Below are positions 60,521 to 64,000 of a stretch of 64,000 nt of DNA, piece by piece. The notes under the pieces are model-generated. The model was given only the letters and a program-made list of their open reading frames with translations, did no database searches and was not told where the DNA came from. Source of the stretch: an uncultured Marinilabiliaceae bacterium (GTDB lineage: Bacteria; Bacteroidota; Bacteroidia; Bacteroidales; Marinilabiliaceae); assembly GCA_937920475.1 (NCBI GenBank), contig CALEUX010000035.1, forward strand, positions 2,981 to 66,980. Reading direction: 5' to 3'. Position 1 is the stretch's first letter; each line of letters starts with the position of its first letter. Made by a program: the position numbers and the translations under genes.

Positions 60521-60752
60521 AAAAAACAGCCGTTGTAAAGGTTTTAAAGTAATGGAACTTATGGTTTCTATTGCATCTTTCATTGAATAAAATAGCCGAA
60601 AATGTTAAAAGTAAGTTGGAGCAAAGCTCTAAAGACTTAGTTTAATTGTGATGAAATGCTTCAGAGAATTGATAACCGATGGTGTTGAAGTGACTGATAA
60701 TACATAGCTTTGTTGCTGAATTAAAACGAATTATACTAATAATAGAAAATAT

Positions 60753-62588
60753 ATGTGTGGAATTGTTGCTTATGTGGGCGATAGAACTGCCTATCCAATT
60801 TTGATAAAGGGCTTGCAACGTTTGGAATACAGAGGTTACGACTCGGCCGGTATTGCGCTGATGAATGGCAAAACCAATATTTATAAGTGTAAAGGGAAAG
60901 TTAAAGATCTCGAGCATCTGGTTAAAGATCAGGATATTTCAGGCTCGGTGGGAATGGGACATACCCGTTGGGCTACGCACGGCGAACCCAGCGACCGGAA
61001 TGCACATCCGCACCAGTCGATGAATGGAAAGTTTATAGTTATTCATAACGGAATCATTGAAAATTATGCACACCTGAAAAAAGAACTCACCAACCGGGGT
61101 TATTCTTTTAACAGTGACACCGACACCGAAGTATTGGCAAACTTAATAGAAAACGTTTATCTCGAACAAAAGGTAAGTGCCGAACTGGCCGTAAGGTTAG
61201 CCTTAACACGGGTAGTTGGGGCCTATGGGTTGGTAATTTCTTCGCCCGAAGAACCTGGTATGCTGATTGCCGCCCGCAAAGGAAGTCCTTTGGTTATTGG
61301 AGTGGGCGATAAAGAGTATTTTCTGGCATCGGATGCCACACCCATCATCGAATATACCGATCAGGTGATTTACCTGAACGATGAGGAAGTGGCCGTTATT
61401 TCACGTCAGGGCCTCGATTTAAAAAATATCTACAACGATACCAAAACGCCTGAAATTAAAACCATTAATCTCAGTATTGAAAATATTGATAAAGGTGAGT
61501 ACGAGCACTACATGCTGAAAGAAATTCATGAACAATCCAATTCCATTACCGAAACTTTCAGAGGGCGGATTGCCATGGACGAGAGTAAAATATTTCTGGG
61601 AGGCATCTTGGACGTAATGCATAAGCTCATTGACGCCAAACGAATTGTTATTGTTGCCTGCGGTACTTCGTGGCATGCAGCCCTTGTTGGAGAATACCTT
61701 TTTGAAGAGTATGCCCGCATTCCGGTAGAAGTTGAATATGCATCGGAATTCAGGTATCGGAATCCTATTGTTGATAAAGATGATTTGGTTATTGCCATTT
61801 CTCAAAGTGGCGAAACTGCCGATACCCTTGCTGCAGTGAGATTGGTAAAAGATTCCGGAGCAACCATCCTGGGTATTTGCAACGTAGCAGGTTCATCGCT
61901 TTCGCGCGAAACACATGCTGGCGTTTATACCCATGCCGGCATCGAAATTGGAGTGGCCAGTACCAAAGCATTTACTTCGCAAATTACCGTATTAACCATG
62001 ATGGCCTTTTTATTGGGTAATAAGCGCCAGGTTTTACCGGCTGCCGATTACAAGGCTCTCATTCACGAGTTAATACAGGTGCCTGATAAAATTGCAGAAA
62101 TTTTAAAAGAAGAAAAGAATATTGAAAAAATTGCTTCCATTTATAAGGATGTAACCAATGCATTATACCTCGGCAGAGGTATTTTGTTCCCTGTGGCATT
62201 GGAAGGGGCTTTAAAATTAAAGGAAATTTCATACATCCATGCCGAAGGTTATCCTGCAGCTGAAATGAAACACGGCCCCATAGCGTTAATTGATGAATCG
62301 CTTCCGGTAGTTGTATTAGCAGTACAGGACCGCTCTTATGAAAAAATGGTGAGCAATATTCAGGAAGTTAAAGCCCGCAAAGGCAAAGTTATTGCCATTG
62401 TTTCAAAAGGCGATAAAGTGGTTAAAAAGATGGCCGATCAGGTGATTGAAATTCCAAATTGTCACGAAGCCTTGTCGCCTTTGCTATCAGTAATCCCTTT
62501 ACAAATATTGAGTTATCATATAGCCGTTATGCGGGGTTGTAACGTCGACCAGCCTCGTAACCTCGCCAAATCGGTAACTGTGGAATAA
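60753..62588 (+). CDS. glmS: Glutamine--fructose-6-phosphate aminotransferase (isomerizing)
   Basis: MCGIVAYVG N-terminal nucleophile, two SIS domains, and the C-terminal LAKSVTVE. Confidence 0.95.
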   Translation: MCGIVAYVGDRTAYPILIKGLQRLEYRGYDSAGIALMNGKTNIYKCKGKVKDLEHLVKDQDISGSVGMGHTRWATHGEPSDRNAHPHQSMNGKFIVIHNGIIENYAHLKKELTNRGYSFNSDTDTEVLANLIENVYLEQKVSAELAVRLALTRVVGAYGLVISSPEEPGMLIAARKGSPLVIGVGDKEYFLASDATPIIEYTDQVIYLNDEEVAVISRQGLDLKNIYNDTKTPEIKTINLSIENIDKGEYEHYMLKEIHEQSNSITETFRGRIAMDESKIFLGGILDVMHKLIDAKRIVIVACGTSWHAALVGEYLFEEYARIPVEVEYASEFRYRNPIVDKDDLVIAISQSGETADTLAAVRLVKDSGATILGICNVAGSSLSRETHAGVYTHAGIEIGVASTKAFTSQITVLTMMAFLLGNKRQVLPAADYKALIHELIQVPDKIAEILKEEKNIEKIASIYKDVTNALYLGRGILFPVALEGALKLKEISYIHAEGYPAAEMKHGPIALIDESLPVVVLAVQDRSYEKMVSNIQEVKARKGKVIAIVSKGDKVVKKMADQVIEIPNCHEALSPLLSVIPLQILSYHIAVMRGCNVDQPRNLAKSVTVE

Positions 62589-62617
62589 AATACTTTAACC
62601 CATTTTATTATAAAAGG

Positions 62618-62650
62618 AAGGCGCAGTGGATTGTTTTATCACTGCGCCTT
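62618..62650. terminator. Terminator hairpin between convergent glmS and rfbB
   Basis: Stem AAGGCGCAGTG/CACTGCGCCTT (62618-62628 / 62640-62650). Confidence 0.65.
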
Positions 62651-62655
62651 TGCAT

Positions 62656-63708
62656 TTAGCGGGTACCATATTGCTCGTTATAGTACTGCTCGTATTGTCC
62701 CGAAAGAATATTGTTAAGCCATTGCTGGTTTTGCAGATACCATTTAACCGTTTTGCGAAGTCCTTCTTCAAATTGAAGTGAAGGCTTCCAGCCCAATTCA
62801 TTCATCAATTTGGAAGAATCTATGGCATAACGTTGGTCGTGCCCGGCCCTGTCTTTAACAAAAGTAATGAGTTGAGCCGATGTTCCGGCAGGACGCCCAA
62901 GTTCTTCATCCATTATCTTGCAAAGCAGGTGAATTAAATCAATGTTTTTCCATTCATTGTTTCCACCAATATTGTAGGTTTCACCATTTCTGCCATTATG
63001 AAAAATCAGGTCGATGGCCGAAGCATGGTCCTCCACAAAAAGCCAGTCGCGAATATTTTCCCCTTTACCATAAATCGGAATAGGCTTATTATTCTTAATG
63101 TTATTGATGGAAAGGGGAATTAGCTTTTCAGGAAATTGGTTGGGACCGTAATTATTTGAACAATTACTGATTACAACTGGCAACCCGTAGGTATGGAAAT
63201 AAGCCCGAACTAAATGATCGGAGCTGGCTTTTGAAGCAGAGTATGGGCTGCGGGGATCATACGAGGTTGTTTCGGTAAAGAGGCCGGTTTCTCCCAGCGA
63301 ACCATATACTTCATCGGTTGAAATATGGTAAAAGCGCTTTCCTTCCATATTTCCATTCCATTCCATGCGGGCAGCGTTCAATAGGTTTACAGTGCCAAGG
63401 ATGTTGGTATTGATAAACTCAAGCGGATTACTTATGGAGCGGTCAACATGCGACTCGGCTGCCAAATGAATAACGCCATCAAATTTGTGCGTAGCAAACA
63501 GCCGGCTAACCATTTTGGCATCGGTAATATCTATTTTTTCAAACTGGTAATTGGGTTTGTGTTCAATATCAGTTAAATTTTCCAGGTTGCCGGCATAAGT
63601 CAGTGCATCCAGATTTAAAATGTTGTAGTGAGGATATTTATTCACCATAAGCCTGACTACATGAGAGCCAATAAATCCGGCACCGCCGGTAATAAGTATA
63701 TTCTTCAT
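62656..63708 (-). CDS. rfbB: dTDP-glucose 4,6-dehydratase
   Basis: [21 protein letters not shown] (YxxxK), and 350 aa. Confidence 0.95.
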   Translation of the reverse strand: MKNILITGGAGFIGSHVVRLMVNKYPHYNILNLDALTYAGNLENLTDIEHKPNYQFEKIDITDAKMVSRLFATHKFDGVIHLAAESHVDRSISNPLEFINTNILGTVNLLNAARMEWNGNMEGKRFYHISTDEVYGSLGETGLFTETTSYDPRSPYSASKASSDHLVRAYFHTYGLPVVISNCSNNYGPNQFPEKLIPLSINNIKNNKPIPIYGKGENIRDWLFVEDHASAIDLIFHNGRNGETYNIGGNNEWKNIDLIHLLCKIMDEELGRPAGTSAQLITFVKDRAGHDQRYAIDSSKLMNELGWKPSLQFEEGLRKTVKWYLQNQQWLNNILSGQYEQYYNEQYGTR

Positions 63709-63825
63709 AAAAAAATGTTTATCCAGATTTTAACAATAAATAAAGAACACAAATTATGGAAATATGTTGTTCCAAACAATACTTACTTAGAAACTGTTTT
63801 AATTTTGTTTGCTGGCTTTATTTAA

Positions 63826-63960
63826 ATAGAGTGATATGAGAAATTTAGAGGGATAAAATAGAATTTTTAGATATTTCCAGATTTTTTCCATCTTGTTTAT
63901 CTGCTCTATCAATCTTATATCTAAAACTCTTTTTATCTGTTAAACAGCTATTTAATATCT
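63826..63960. repeat. Imperfect palindromic word-repeat element, copy C (TAGA words / ATCT words)
   Basis: TTTTAGATAT (63865-63874) is the exact complement of ATATCTAAAA (63918-63927). GATAAAATAGAA pairs with CTCTTTTTATCT, and ATTTAAATAG pairs with CTATTTAAT further out. GTTAAACAG near the right end resembles the ends of copies A and B. Confidence 0.35.
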
Positions 63961-64000
63961 CTTATTTTTTTCTCCCACATCCATGCCGACAGCAACGTTT

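Noticed and set aside
60521-60752. glmS ribozyme upstream of glmS
   Set aside because: No conserved ribozyme core sequences were seen, and the element is characteristic of Gram-positive lineages, not Bacteroidota.
1-64000. CRISPR arrays, rRNA genes, tmRNA/RNase P/SRP RNA, and recognisable defence or toxin-antitoxin modules
   Set aside because: No regularly spaced direct repeats, no rRNA-like conserved blocks, and no nuclease, methylase or toxin gene pairs were recognised by eye. The only structured non-coding RNA genes I could support are the two tRNA-Glu, plus the riboswitch and leader candidates.

Overview
Chromosomal segment of a Bacteroidota-type genome. Supporting signs are a T9SS type-B sorting-domain protein, a DUF4954-glmS pair, TAnnTTTG-type -7 boxes, and starts that mostly lack a Shine-Dalgarno sequence. 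Most of the window is housekeeping: mgtE, eno, efp, frr, pckA, fhs, asd, punA-like PNP, lpxK, sppA, folK, upp, radC, rpsT, metK, pepP-like, glmS, rfbB and two tRNA-Glu. It also holds a MacAB-TolC-type efflux operon, a WbpA/B/D/E-like di-N-acetyl-hexuronate sugar cluster, and a decayed IS110 copy at the left edge. No CRISPR array, rRNA gene or recognisable defence or toxin module was seen.

The most interesting features are:
- A fluoride riboswitch (7515->7468, minus strand) heads a crcB-DUF190-eno-clcF-DUF190 string. It is followed by mgtE, which has its own promoter-like box and a three-segment alternative-hairpin leader that can sequester an unusually strong AAGGAGGA ribosome-binding site.
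- A family of roughly 130-230 bp imperfect palindromic elements built from short words occurs at 9941-10160, 57409-57635 and possibly 63826-63960. The first two use TAGAC in one arm and GTCTA in the other and share a TGTCTAATCCCGAT core.
- Related word-repeats flank metK, which is also preceded by a SAM-II-like pseudoknot candidate.
- An Ala-rich helical lipoprotein sits next to two L,D-transpeptidase genes and an ECF sigma factor. This may be a peptidoglycan-tethering module.
- A perfect 17-bp nested inverted repeat lies between sppA and lpxK.
- A 999-bp AT-rich non-coding gap lies between pckA and fhs.

All functional calls come from reading motifs in the translated ORFs and the DNA. No database search was run.
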